Below, piece after piece: positions 1 through 9,715 of a stretch of 64,000 bases of DNA. The stretch is from Thermodesulfobacteriota bacterium (GTDB lineage: Bacteria; Desulfobacterota; Desulfobacteria; Desulfobacterales; C00003060), in contig JAXHVD010000003.1 in NCBI GenBank assembly GCA_034189385.1, positions 1-64,000 of the forward strand, in the 5' to 3' direction. Under the pieces are notes generated by a model, which worked only from the letters and a program-made list of their open reading frames with translations, was not told the DNA's origin and searched no databases. The position numbers and the translations under genes were made by a program. How positions within the stretch are numbered: position 1 is the first letter of the stretch; the number at the start of each line of letters is the position of its first letter.

Positions 1-550
1 CGTAAAACTGAAAGGCATCCAGGTCCGAAACTGACATCTGGCCCCCGTGTGTCTCTCCAGAAGCGATGGGACCTCCGTCTGGATCCTCTGGGGAGGAAAC
101 CGTGCCTGGCATCTTCAATAAAGTGATGTTGTACGTCCCAGAGTGATCCAGATTGTGGTCTTGGACAATTATAGTATAAAGCCCACTCTGTTCCAGCTGG
201 TGGTCCAAACGACTACCACTGAGATCATAGGTGTATGCTTCAGCGGGTCCACCTCCCGGTGGATACAGGACTATCTCAGGGCGGTTGTCCCCACCAGTAC
301 GCACAGCAGTGATGACCACCCGGTCTCCTGTGCTGCCATCGAATGTCCACGAGTCTAGAAAAGACGGGGCAGTGAGGGAACCCGATTTTGTCTCTCCTGG
401 CAGGATATCGCCCATGTCCGCTGCCCTGACAGCCTGCGGAAAAAGCCAGAATACCAACAACAGCAGTAGAAACCCTGCTTGGAACCAAAGACTCAAACCG
501 CTATTACCGCGATCTTCCCGTCCGCTTCTCTTTCCAGTTTCCATTTTCAT
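1..550 (-). CDS. Partial (3' end beyond window edge) secreted protein with pre-peptidase C-terminal (PPC)-like beta-sandwich repeats
   Basis: Hand translation from ATG at 550 is open to position 1: MKMETGKRSGREDRGNSGLSLWFQAGFLLLLLVFWLFPQAVRA (signal peptide, AxA site), then ILPGETKSGSL..DSWTFDGSTGDRVVI..PEIVLYPPGG..SGLYTIIV..SGTYNITL, then a second repeat IASGETHGGQM..DLDAFQFY. SD GGAGGGGG upstream. Absent from the ORF track because it is truncated. Confidence 0.8.
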   Translation of the reverse strand, partial: MKMETGKRSGREDRGNSGLSLWFQAGFLLLLLVFWLFPQAVRAADMGDILPGETKSGSLTAPSFLDSWTFDGSTGDRVVITAVRTGGDNRPEIVLYPPGGGPAEAYTYDLSGSRLDHQLEQSGLYTIIVQDHNLDHSGTYNITLLKMPGTVSSPEDPDGGPIASGETHGGQMSVSDLDAFQFY

Positions 551-1026
551 AGTCCCCCTCCCTCATGTATTGGGTCCCAACTAACAATCACTTGCATCCT
601 AAACAACTCCGGCATCCAGCTCGCAGCGTGATTTTGAATGAAATGACATGACTGCTGCCTAGAATCCGCCTTGGAGAGCTGTTAGCCAGGAATTTAAGAT
701 CAACACCTAATTGTCAGCAACCAAAGGGCAATACTCTCATGTGCGGCGCACATGGAGTTACAAGCCTCAACACTGCTTTTCTCCGCAATACTACGCTCGC
801 CCATTCAGAGGCACACGAGAAATTCTCGGACCTGCTGAACAGACACCTTCAGATTCTATTCAACGACGAGGGTTTAGCTCGGAAGCATCAAAAATCGCCT
901 GCTGAGCTGCAGCAAAACCGACCACCACAAGAAACTGTGTTGCTACAAAAATCTCCACCGCACGCAACGACTGTATTTTGTTGAATCTTTCTCAAGTAGA
1001 CCTCTCATCTAACCGACATGACCAAC

Positions 1027-1084
1027 AAAAAAGCCGAACTGCGCCTTTCATGACCTTTACGATGTCATGCTCGGCAGTCCGGCT
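1027..1084 (-). terminator. Intrinsic terminator overlapping the riboswitch aptamer (expression platform)
   Basis: Minus strand AGCCGGACUGC pairs with GCAGUUCGGCU, followed by UUUUUGUU; an inner CAUGAC/GUCAUG stem lies between them. Confidence 0.75.
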
Positions 1085-1190
1085 GTCTTTGTTTTAGATC
1101 AACAGAGAGGTTGGCTTAGTGCCAACAAACAAAATCCCAAAGACCCGTGGCTTTCCGCCACCGCCTCACGACGGCTTCGGTTTTGGCTGT
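1071..1190 (-). ncRNA. GEMM-I (c-di-GMP-I / cGAMP) riboswitch aptamer
   Basis: Minus strand AAAACCGAAGCCGUC-GUGA-GGCGGUGGCGGAAAGCCACGGGUCUUUG...CAAAGACAGCCGGACUGCCGA shows the GNRA-capped P2, the CGGAAAGCC junction and the 3' AGACAGCCGG..UGCCGA hallmarks. Confidence 0.85.
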
Positions 1191-1704
1191 TTGAGACTCA
1201 GCTAAGCAACTTCTATTTTATTTTGTAGGACTTGCGTCCTCCAGAATGTTTATTCGCATACCACACAATGATGAGGGAGTCAATCCCCTCAACGTGCCAT
1301 TTTTGATGCAAAAACTACTATTTTTTTCTTGCGGAGATTGCTTATTCAGTAGAGGGAAAACACTTATTGACAGGACCGTGTTTGGCCTATTACCAGGTGT
1401 GGGATGAGGGTCTTTCAACATATTGTAGGGTTGGCTAGCAGGGCGTCTGATTCAAGTATTCTTGCCATACCTAGCCTGGTAAGGCCTCTCAGATAAGGTT
1501 GGATATCCTGCCCTGTACGTAAGTTCTGGACATGTACATATAACAACACCATATCAAAAGCCCACCTCTTTTCCCGGAATCACACCTTGCCCCCCTTTAT
1601 TACACTCTAAACTCGGCTTTAAGCCTCTTTTGGTTGCTCGTTTCGTACAGCCATCCTTCTCATTTCATATGACCGCCACTTCTGATTTGCAGTCAATTTT
1701 TCTC

Positions 1705-1745
1705 TTGACATTCAAACGTATGTTTCATATAAATGTTTGTATGAA
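1705..1745 (+). promoter_or_regulatory. Sigma70 promoter with overlapping imperfect palindromes (probable TetR operator)
   Basis: TTGACA (1705-1710), 17 nt, TATAAA (1728-1733); overlapping dyads TCAAACGTATGTTTCA and CATATAAATGTTTGTATG just upstream of tetR. Confidence 0.65.
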
Positions 1746-1759
1746 CCAGGAGGGAGGCT

Positions 1760-2398
1760 ATGAGCCAAGGCAATAAGAATGACCCGACAAAGAAGCGCAT
1801 CCTTGATGAGGCAGAGGCCCTGTTCGCCCAAAAGGGCTATCATGCCGTTAGCGTGAGGGAGATTACTGCGGCTGCCGAGTGCAACCTGGCAGCCATCAAC
1901 TATCACTTCGGCCACAAGAAAAACCTCTACCTAGAGGTGTTCAGAAGCCGTTGGCTGCCTCGGTCCAGGCGCGTGCGGGCCCACTTCAGCAAGTCTCTGA
2001 CCTCCCAGAAGGCAGTCTCGCCTAAGGCAGTGGCCCGAGCCCTAGCCGAGGCCTTTCTCATGGGACCTCTTTCAGATGAAGAGCGTCAGCGTCACCACCA
2101 ACTTATGGTCAGAGAGCTGGGCCAGCCTACGGAGGCCTTTGAGATGGTGGCAGAACAGGTCTTGCAGCCCTTTTTCAAGGGGCTTGCTGAGACCCTCCGT
2201 GCCTTTATGCCGGAGGATATGGAGGAAGAGAGGCTGTTGCTCAACGCCCTGAGCATGTTTTCGGTAATCCTTTATTTCAGCTTTGCAAGGGTTGCCGTTA
2301 CCCGTATCACGGACCGGGAGTATGACGAGCAATTCAAGGCCCTGCTTGTGGAGCAAATCGTGGAATTTTGCGGCAAAGGATTGGGAAAAAGCTACTAA
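1760..2398 (+). CDS. TetR/AcrR family regulator (CecR-like)
   Basis: N-terminal HTH ILDEAEALFAQKGYHAVSVREITAAAECNLAAINYHFGHKKNLY; SD AGGAGGGAGG; first gene of the efflux cluster. Confidence 0.93.
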   Translation: MSQGNKNDPTKKRILDEAEALFAQKGYHAVSVREITAAAECNLAAINYHFGHKKNLYLEVFRSRWLPRSRRVRAHFSKSLTSQKAVSPKAVARALAEAFLMGPLSDEERQRHHQLMVRELGQPTEAFEMVAEQVLQPFFKGLAETLRAFMPEDMEEERLLLNALSMFSVILYFSFARVAVTRITDREYDEQFKALLVEQIVEFCGKGLGKSY

Positions 2399-2446
2399 TC
2401 CGGCAAAAAGTATTTGGACATAGTCTTTCAATTTTAGAAATAAATA

Positions 2447-2741
2447 TTCACCGCAAAGCCGCAAAGAGCGCAGAGGCTAGTCTTGTTTATGTTTTCCGCT
2501 GAGACGCCGGAAAACATAAGAAGCTGTCTCCCATGGCAAACAGAAAGGGATAGCAAGTGTAAGGTTTATGATTATTTCAAAACACTTCAACCGAAAGATC
2601 ATTGATGCTGATGAGTTCTGCCCGAAGGGCAAGTTGGTTTTTGCTTTTCGGCGTCTCAGCGAAAAGCAAAAAGGCGCATTTCTTTGCGTCCTTTCCGTCT
2701 TGAGCGACCCGGAGCCACGTCGAAGGGGAGCGGGCGGTGAG
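2447..2741. mobile_element. MITE-like structured element with terminal inverted repeats and two complementary internal hairpins
   Basis: Ends TCACCGCAAAGCCGCAAAGAGCGCAGAG and CTTTGCGTCCTTTCCGTC..GCGGTGA; hairpins at 2487-2519 and 2638-2672. Confidence 0.6.
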
Positions 2742-2758
2742 TTCATCTCTAGATATCA

Positions 2759-4225
2759 ATGACCTCATTAGTAAGAGGTGCAGTCTCCGTGAATCTTATG
2801 CGTGTACATCTGTTTCTGGCGCTGACAGCCGTCTTGGCATTGGCAGGATGCATGAAGGTGGGGCCCGACTTCCATAGGCCAGATCTGGCCGCTGAAGTGC
2901 CGAACGCCTTTCAGCACGATGATACTGATTCGGGCAAAGGCCTTGAGACCGAAGACCACTGGTGGCAGGTCTTCGGAGACCCGGAATTAGACCGGCTGGT
3001 GAATGAAGTCCTGAGCAATAGCTGGGACATCAAAGGGGCCACCGCCAGGATCCTGGAGGTGCGGTCCCAGTTGACGCAGACCAGGGCCGATCGCTTCCCC
3101 ACTTTGAATATAGACGGCACGGCGGAAAAGAGACAACGGCCCATTATCGGGATTGTTCCCGGAGAAAGCTTCACCACCAAAACCGACACCTATACCCTGG
3201 CATTGCCTGCCTCTTTTGAGCTGGATCTCTGGGGGCGCCTGGCCCGGGCCGAAGAGGCGGCCAGGGCAGATCTTTTGCAGGCAGAAGAAAACCGGCGCAC
3301 TGTGGTCCAGACAGTAGTGGCCGAGACCGTGAATCTCTACTTGCAGATGGAATCCCTGGAGAGACGGATTCAGATTGCCCTTGAGAGTATTGAAAACTTC
3401 CGCCACAGCTTAGCCCTAGTGGAAAGCCGTTATAAGCGCGGTCTCACCTCCGTGTTGGACGTCAGGCAGGCCCGTCGCATCTTAGCCGGCGCCGAAGCCT
3501 TGCTTCCTCCGCTACGGGAGGAACTGGGCGGCACCCAGCAGCAATTGTCCGTCCTTCTGGGTCGCTACCCAGATACCCAACCACCCAGAATGCAGCCTGA
3601 AGATTACTTCACCCAGTTGGCACCGGTGCCGCCAGGATTGCCCTCAGAGTTGTTGTTGCGTCGGCCGGACCTGCGGGCGGCCGAGGCCGGCCTCATGGCC
3701 TTAAATGCCCAAGTGGGCGTGGCCAAGGCCAGCCGGTTTCCCACGATTACCCTCACAGGAAGCTACGGATACTCCAGTGACGAATTGGATCGACTCGTGC
3801 GCCGCCAGAGCGAGCTGTGGCACCTGGCCATGGGGATAGGGCAGCCCCTGTTTGACGCAGGGAAACTGAAGGCCGGCCAAGAGGCAGCCCAGGCAAGATA
3901 CGAGCAGGCCGTGGCCGAATACGCCAAGTCTGTGCTGACGGCATTCTCGGAGGTGGAAAAGGCCCTTTTGACCCGCAAGGAGCAGTCAGAGCGCCGGGAT
4001 CGGCAGTTGAAGTTTCTCCTGGAAGCACGGGCCACCCAGGATGTGGCTGAAAAGCGCTACAGACGGGGCCTTGTGGACTACCTGACCGTCCTGGAGGCCC
4101 AACGAACGCGTTTTCAAGCCGAAGAAAGCCTCGTGCTGGTAGATCTTGCCATTCTAACCAACCGGGTAGCCCTCCACCGGGCCTTGGGTGGCGGCTGGGG
4201 GGAATTGACCGGGGAAGAAGGTTAA
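2759..4225 (+). CDS. Outer membrane efflux factor (NodT/OprM/TolC family lipoprotein)
   Basis: Lipobox LAGC; motifs WWQVFGDPELDRLV, FELDLWGRL, PSELLLRRPDL, ALGGGW. The real start may be GTG 2789 or ATG 2798. Confidence 0.95.
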   Translation: MTSLVRGAVSVNLMRVHLFLALTAVLALAGCMKVGPDFHRPDLAAEVPNAFQHDDTDSGKGLETEDHWWQVFGDPELDRLVNEVLSNSWDIKGATARILEVRSQLTQTRADRFPTLNIDGTAEKRQRPIIGIVPGESFTTKTDTYTLALPASFELDLWGRLARAEEAARADLLQAEENRRTVVQTVVAETVNLYLQMESLERRIQIALESIENFRHSLALVESRYKRGLTSVLDVRQARRILAGAEALLPPLREELGGTQQQLSVLLGRYPDTQPPRMQPEDYFTQLAPVPPGLPSELLLRRPDLRAAEAGLMALNAQVGVAKASRFPTITLTGSYGYSSDELDRLVRRQSELWHLAMGIGQPLFDAGKLKAGQEAAQARYEQAVAEYAKSVLTAFSEVEKALLTRKEQSERRDRQLKFLLEARATQDVAEKRYRRGLVDYLTVLEAQRTRFQAEESLVLVDLAILTNRVALHRALGGGWGELTGEEG

Positions 4226-4241
4226 TCGAGTTTCCGAGAAA

Positions 4242-4374
4242 GATCAAATCGTAAAAAGTCCTCTAATCGTCATGCCGGACCTAATCCGGCATCCAGAACA
4301 TATTGATCTTACTGGATTCCGGCTTCCGCCGGAATGACATGGAATGGTGTTTATCGACTTTTTACGAAACCATC
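4242..4374. repeat. TCGTAAAAAGTC-ended element (copy 1) carrying a REP/dRS3-like hairpin pair
   Basis: Ends GATCAAATCGTAAAAAGTC and GACTTTTTACGAAACCATC; interior GTCATGCCGGACCTAATCCGGCATCCAG...CTGGATTCCGGCTTCCGCCGGAATGAC. Confidence 0.75.
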
Positions 4375-4391
4375 AAGAAAGATGATCTGAT

Positions 4392-5579
4392 ATGAGCAAA
4401 ACCAAAAGGCGTCTCTTACATGTTGTCATCACTGTTGGACTCATTGGCTTAGGTGCCTTGGGCATGCGCGAACTAACGGCGAGCAAGCCCGAGATTCAAA
4501 AGCGGAAGCCCTCTGCTCCAATACCGCTGGTCCGAACGACCAAAGTCAAAGCTGGACCGCAATCGGTCACGGTCCAAGGTGAAGGCACGGTTCGGCCATT
4601 GCAAGAGATCCAACTGGTCCCTGAGGTAAACGGCAAGGTTGTTTATGTGTCGACGGCCCTTGTGGACGGAGGCCAATTCAAGAAGGATGACGTACTGCTG
4701 CGCATTGACCCAGCAGATTACCACTTGGCCGTCACATTAGCCCAAGCCAAGGTCAAGGACGCCGAAAGCGCTCTGCAATTGGCTGAAGAAGAAGCGGCTG
4801 CCGCTGCAGAAGAGTGGCGCATGCTGTACGGTGCCCAGCTTGAGGCAGAGCTCAAGCCCCCGCCCCTAGTGGCCAAAGAGCCCCAACTGGCGGCAGCGCA
4901 GGCAAAGCTGGAAGGGGATAAGGCGGATTTGAAAAAGGCTCTTCTGAACCTAGAGAGGACCGAGCTGGCAGCACCCTTTCACGGCAGGGTGAGTACGGAA
5001 AATGTGGATCTGGGCCAGTATGTCTCCTCCGGCCAGTCTTTGGCCACGTTGTATTCCACAGAAGGGGCTGAGATTGTCGTTCCCCTGGAAGACGAAAGCT
5101 TGCTCTGGTTTCATGTCCCTGGCTTTACTGACGGCCAAGGTCCTGGTTCGACGGCAAATGTGCGTGCCCGGATTGCCGGCAGAGAACTCTTGTGGAACGG
5201 CCAGGTCGTTCGTGCTGAAGGCAAACTAGATGAACGCACCCGCATGATTAACGTCATCGTCCGGGTGGACGAACCCTATGCCACAAGACCACCCCTGGCC
5301 ATGGGTCTCTTTGTTACTGTGGATATTGAAGGCCGTCAGTTGCCGAAAGCGGCCATCATTCCCAGGCGGGCGCTCCATGAAGAGGAGGTGGTTTGGACTG
5401 TGGACGAAGAAGACAGACTGCGCTTCCGCAAAGTAGATGTGGCCCGCATCCAGGGTGACGAGGTGGTGGTGGAAGCTGGCCTTGAAGATGGAGAAAGGGT
5501 CGTGGTCACACCATTGAAGGCAGTTACCGACGGCATGGCCGTCCGAACCTTACCTGAAGAGAAGGACAGCCCCTCATGA
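4392..5579 (+). CDS. RND efflux periplasmic adaptor (membrane fusion protein)
   Basis: N-terminal TM helix, lipoyl-like EVNGKVV..LLRID, coiled coil, LERTELAAPFHGRV; overlaps the RND start (ATGA). Confidence 0.95.
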   Translation: MSKTKRRLLHVVITVGLIGLGALGMRELTASKPEIQKRKPSAPIPLVRTTKVKAGPQSVTVQGEGTVRPLQEIQLVPEVNGKVVYVSTALVDGGQFKKDDVLLRIDPADYHLAVTLAQAKVKDAESALQLAEEEAAAAAEEWRMLYGAQLEAELKPPPLVAKEPQLAAAQAKLEGDKADLKKALLNLERTELAAPFHGRVSTENVDLGQYVSSGQSLATLYSTEGAEIVVPLEDESLLWFHVPGFTDGQGPGSTANVRARIAGRELLWNGQVVRAEGKLDERTRMINVIVRVDEPYATRPPLAMGLFVTVDIEGRQLPKAAIIPRRALHEEEVVWTVDEEDRLRFRKVDVARIQGDEVVVEAGLEDGERVVVTPLKAVTDGMAVRTLPEEKDSPS

Positions 5580-8500
5580 AAGGCATGGTTGCCTGGTTTG
5601 CCAACAATCACGTTGCTGCCAATCTCCTCATGCTCTTTCTTCTGCTGGCGGGCGTGGTCACTGGTCTGACCATGAAACTGGAGGTCTTTCCTGAAACCTC
5701 TTTGGACCGGATCTCCATCACCATGGAATATCGAGGCGCCTCGCCAGCAGAGGTGGAGGAGGCCATTGTCCGTCGCATTGAAGAAAACGTAGCAGGCCTT
5801 GCGGGGATCAAACGGATCGATTCGCAGGCCAGAGAAGGATTTGGCTCCGTAACCATTGAGGTCATGAAGGATTGGGACCTTAAAGAGCTCCTGGACGAGG
5901 TCAAGGCCGAGGTAGATCGCATCACCACCTTTCCGGAAGAGGCAGAGGAGCCGGTCGTTCAGGAGATGACACGGAGAACTCAGGTCATTAACGTGGTGGT
6001 TCATGGTGATGCGTCAGAATCGACGATCAAGCACCTTACGGAAAGGATCAAAGACGACATCACCAATTTGCCAGACATTACCTATGCCGAACTCTTTGGC
6101 ATCCGCCAGGGGGAAATTCACATACAGCTCTCTGAGCAGGCCCTGCGCCGATACGGCCTTACCCTGGGCCAGGTGGCCGGTGTTGTGAAAAGGGCGAGCC
6201 TGGACCTCCCTGCCGGAAGGGTGAAAACTGCCGGGGGAGAGATCCTGGTGCGGACGAAAGGTCGGCGCTACTATGCAGCAGACTACGAAGATATAGCGGT
6301 AATCACCCGGCCTGACGGGAGCAAGGTGACATTAGGGCAGATCGCCTACCTGAAAGACGGATTTGAGGACATAGACATTGCCACCCATTTTGACGGCCAA
6401 CTGGCTGGCGTGATCGAGGTATACCGTGTGGCTGATCAGAATGCACTGGCTGTGGCCGATACGGTAAAAGGCTATGTGAAAGAAATCAAGCCCAGTCTGC
6501 CTGAAGGCGTGGACATTAGTTTTTATCGCGATAGATCCAAGATACTCCGGAGCCGTATTGAACTCCTGCTCAGAAACATGGCTATCGGCTTGATCCTGGT
6601 GAGCATCCTCTTGGGACTCTTTCTCAACGTTCGGCTCGCCTTTTGGGTCACCTTAGGAATTCCTATCTCTTTTGCAGCCGGCATCTGGGCTCTTCCCAAG
6701 TTTGATGTTTCCATCAACATGATTTCTCTCTTTGCCTTCATCACCGTCCTGGGTATTGTGGTAGATGATGCCATCGTTGTCGGGGAGAATATTTTTCGCA
6801 AGCATGACGAGGGACTAAAGGGCCTTGACGGGGCAGTGCAAGGCGCTTCTGAAGTGGGCCGTCCGGTCATTTTTGCAGTCCTCACGACAGTGGTGGCCTT
6901 CTGGCCATTGCTCATGGGCACGGGCACCATGGGCAAGGTGATGCGCAACATCCCCATTGTGGTGATCCTGGTCTTGCTCGGCTCTTTGGTGGAGTCGCTA
7001 CTCATTCTCCCTGCCCACTTGGCCCGGTCCAGGTATAATTCTACTAGCCGCCATGTTGGACCTCGAAAAGAAAAGGGCGTAGCCAGGGGACTGAACTGGG
7101 TCATCAGGGGTCCCTACGCCAGATTAGTCGATTTCTGTGTCCGGTGGCGCTACGTTACCGTGGCCGTAGGCATTGCCGTCTTGCTCTTAACCGTGGGCAT
7201 CTGGAAAGGGGGATGGATCAAGTTTACCCTCTTTCCCAAAGTGGAAAGCGACACCCTCATCTGCTCTCTTACCATGCCGGCAGGCACACCCATTGAACGG
7301 ACCACAGAGATCGCCGCCCATTTGGAGCGGGCTGGAAGAAATGCCTTGGCTGAAGCGGACGAGAAACGCCCTGAAGATGCGCTCCCCCTCTTTCAGCACA
7401 GCATTTCTTCTGTGGGATTGCACATGGCCGGGCGCGGCCCCATGGCCAAGGGGCCTAGCATCGGGAGCCATCTGGCCCAGGTCCGGATCGAAGTCCTGGA
7501 AGGCGAGAAGCGGGATGTGACGGCGACCCAATTGGCCACTGCATGGCGCAAAAAGGCAGGGCTCATCCCAGATGCCGAGGCCGTCACTTTTCAAAGTGCC
7601 CTTTTCAGCGCCGGTAATCCTATTGAAGTACACCTCTCTCTGGACGATCACGAGCGACTTCTGGCAGCTGCAGACGATCTCAAGGAAGAACTGAGAGGTT
7701 ATCCTGGCGTATTTGACGTGGAAGACAGCTTTTTGCCCGGCAAAGAGGAGATGCAGCTTAAGCTGAAGTTGACCGCCCGCAGCTTGGGCTTGACGTTAGA
7801 TGACTTAGCCCAGCAGGTGAGACATGCCTTTTACGGGGCAGAGGCCTTGCGCTTTCAGAGAGATCAGGATGAAGTCAAGGTCATGGTCCTCTACCCCGAG
7901 TCAGAACGCAAGTCATTGAGCGATGTCGAGCAGATGCGGATCCGCCTACCGGAAGGCTCTGAAACCCCCTTCAACCAGGTGGCGGAGGTAAAGATGGAAC
8001 AGGGCTATGCTTCCATCGAGCGGGCCCAGCGCCGACGCGTGATCAAGGTCGCAGCCGATGCAGATGAGGCCATCACTAATGCCAATGAGGTGCGCCAAGA
8101 ACTGGTGAGGGCATTCTTGCCACAACTGCAAAATAGCTACCCTGGATTACGATATGCCATGGAAGGTGAAGGCAAAGAACAGAAAGAATCCATGGCCGAC
8201 GTGCTCCGAGGCTTTGTCATTGCCCTCTTCTGCATTTACGCCCTCCTGGCCATTCCCTTCAGGTCATTTTCTCAGCCCTTTGTAGTCATGTCCGCCATTC
8301 CCTTTGGCCTTGTAGGTGCTGTGGCAGGGCACCTCATAATGGGCCACAACCTGAGCCTTCTGAGCATGTTCGGAATCGTGGGGTTGGCTGGCGTGGTGGT
8401 AAATGATTCTCTTGTCTTAATTGACGCCACCAATCGCATGCGCAGTCAGGGTCTGACCGCCCACGACGCCATTACCCAGGCCGGTGCCTTGCGCTTCAGG

Positions 8501-8731
8501 GCCATTATCCTCACCTCGTTGACGACCTTTGCCGGTTTGACGCCCATGCTTCTCGAAAGAAGCCTCCAGGCCCAATTTCTCATTCCCATGGCCATCAGCC
8601 TTGGCTTTGGTGTCCTCTTTGCCACAGGCATCACCTTGCTCCTTGTCCCTTCGCTGTACATGGTCCTGGAAGACGCACATCAGGTGGCAACCTACCTCAA
8701 AGCCAAGCTGGCTCCTCGTCTGCCAGTCTAG
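5576..8731 (+). CDS. RND efflux permease (AcrB/AcrD/AcrF family)
   Basis: 1051 aa; GIVVDDAIVVGENI, GVVVNDSLVL, RFRAIILTSLTT motifs. Confidence 0.97.
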   Translation: MKGMVAWFANNHVAANLLMLFLLLAGVVTGLTMKLEVFPETSLDRISITMEYRGASPAEVEEAIVRRIEENVAGLAGIKRIDSQAREGFGSVTIEVMKDWDLKELLDEVKAEVDRITTFPEEAEEPVVQEMTRRTQVINVVVHGDASESTIKHLTERIKDDITNLPDITYAELFGIRQGEIHIQLSEQALRRYGLTLGQVAGVVKRASLDLPAGRVKTAGGEILVRTKGRRYYAADYEDIAVITRPDGSKVTLGQIAYLKDGFEDIDIATHFDGQLAGVIEVYRVADQNALAVADTVKGYVKEIKPSLPEGVDISFYRDRSKILRSRIELLLRNMAIGLILVSILLGLFLNVRLAFWVTLGIPISFAAGIWALPKFDVSINMISLFAFITVLGIVVDDAIVVGENIFRKHDEGLKGLDGAVQGASEVGRPVIFAVLTTVVAFWPLLMGTGTMGKVMRNIPIVVILVLLGSLVESLLILPAHLARSRYNSTSRHVGPRKEKGVARGLNWVIRGPYARLVDFCVRWRYVTVAVGIAVLLLTVGIWKGGWIKFTLFPKVESDTLICSLTMPAGTPIERTTEIAAHLERAGRNALAEADEKRPEDALPLFQHSISSVGLHMAGRGPMAKGPSIGSHLAQVRIEVLEGEKRDVTATQLATAWRKKAGLIPDAEAVTFQSALFSAGNPIEVHLSLDDHERLLAAADDLKEELRGYPGVFDVEDSFLPGKEEMQLKLKLTARSLGLTLDDLAQQVRHAFYGAEALRFQRDQDEVKVMVLYPESERKSLSDVEQMRIRLPEGSETPFNQVAEVKMEQGYASIERAQRRRVIKVAADADEAITNANEVRQELVRAFLPQLQNSYPGLRYAMEGEGKEQKESMADVLRGFVIALFCIYALLAIPFRSFSQPFVVMSAIPFGLVGAVAGHLIMGHNLSLLSMFGIVGLAGVVVNDSLVLIDATNRMRSQGLTAHDAITQAGALRFRAIILTSLTTFAGLTPMLLERSLQAQFLIPMAISLGFGVLFATGITLLLVPSLYMVLEDAHQVATYLKAKLAPRLPV

Positions 8732-8920
8732 TGTCCATCCATAAATGGCTCTTTTTTCGATGAGCGGCGTTGTCCGCGGGTTCTCGGCTGCGATCCGCCT
8801 CAGGCGGACCTCGCCGCAAACCCTTGTGCCGCCTTGCTCATCAAAAAAACTGCTCATTTCTGAATTGGAAACTGACGCCAGTGCCCACCTTCTTCATGGG
8901 CATCCGTGGATGGGCACTAG
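8728..8920. mobile_element. 193-bp MITE, copy A
   Basis: CTAG-TGTCCATCCA...TGGATGGGCA-CTAG; near-identical to 23068-23260; long internal hairpin. Confidence 0.85.
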
Positions 8921-9061
8921 TCTAGGAGCTCATGGATTTTTTTGGCCTATGGCCATGAATAGCCACAATTCTTCTTGACTTTTCATCATTACTGATATAA
9001 ACGGCACCGAGTTATTACTTCTGGCCCTTCGTTTTCTGGCCGTGGTTAGGGACAACATATC

Positions 9062-9256
9062 TTGCTGAACGTGCTTTTAAAGATTCAACACCGCCTCAAT
9101 CCCCTCCATGTGTATTGTCGCTTGATAGATAAGGGGTTGGACAAAGACACATCCATCTCCATATGTAAATATTACGAAATTCTGGTCTACTGTTGGATTG
9201 CCTGGTTTACTGCTGTGGGCGTGCAGATTTGTAGATTCACCCAGCGCATGGGCTAA
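9062..9256 (+). CDS. Small hypothetical protein (QHRLNPLHVYCRL motif)
   Basis: 64-aa ORF with TTG start, AGGGA SD and upstream TTGACT..TGaTATAAA promoter-like sequence. Confidence 0.55.
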   Translation: MLNVLLKIQHRLNPLHVYCRLIDKGLDKDTSISICKYYEILVYCWIAWFTAVGVQICRFTQRMG

Positions 9257-9278
9257 GCGCTCCTTTCCTCATTTTCCT

Positions 9279-9650
9279 TCAATCGCCATTGCCCATCACT
9301 ATGCCCTTGCCCTTTTCTTGCAGTCCCTTGCATCCCACTTCCTGAGCGTGTTTCACGGATGCGGGGAAATATCTACATATGGTGGGTTTTACATCGTGAA
9401 TCTGACAGATATAGTGATTGGTGGCGGGCAGTTTCTCTAGCCAAGGGCATCTCTCCGCCACTGACCCTGTCTTGGGGTCAATCCAAACCTCGTATGCGTA
9501 TTCTCCGTGGCCGATGGACCTGGGGCGGACCCATTTCAGGATATCGGCGCGGCCCTTTCTCTCCCAAACTCGCACATCCTCTTCTCCTACTTCGCTAAAA
9601 GAGGCATAGAGACAGCAATTTCCACATCCTTTACAGACAAAGTTTCGCAA
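9279..9650 (-). CDS. YkgJ family cysteine-cluster (CxxCxxCC) protein
   Basis: FVCKGCGNCC...CPWL...CQIHDVKPTICRYFP. Confidence 0.85.
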   Translation of the reverse strand: MRNFVCKGCGNCCLYASFSEVGEEDVRVWERKGRADILKWVRPRSIGHGEYAYEVWIDPKTGSVAERCPWLEKLPATNHYICQIHDVKPTICRYFPASVKHAQEVGCKGLQEKGKGIVMGNGD

Positions 9651-9715
9651 GGGAGACCTCTTTTCCCAAGGGCTTTTTCTATGCGCCCTTGCCGACCCGG
9701 CCTCCTGGCTTTCCC

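Noticed and set aside
560..1020. Small gene between the riboswitch and the PPC-repeat gene
   Set aside because: Only short minus-strand frames are present; a decayed gene is possible but not supportable.
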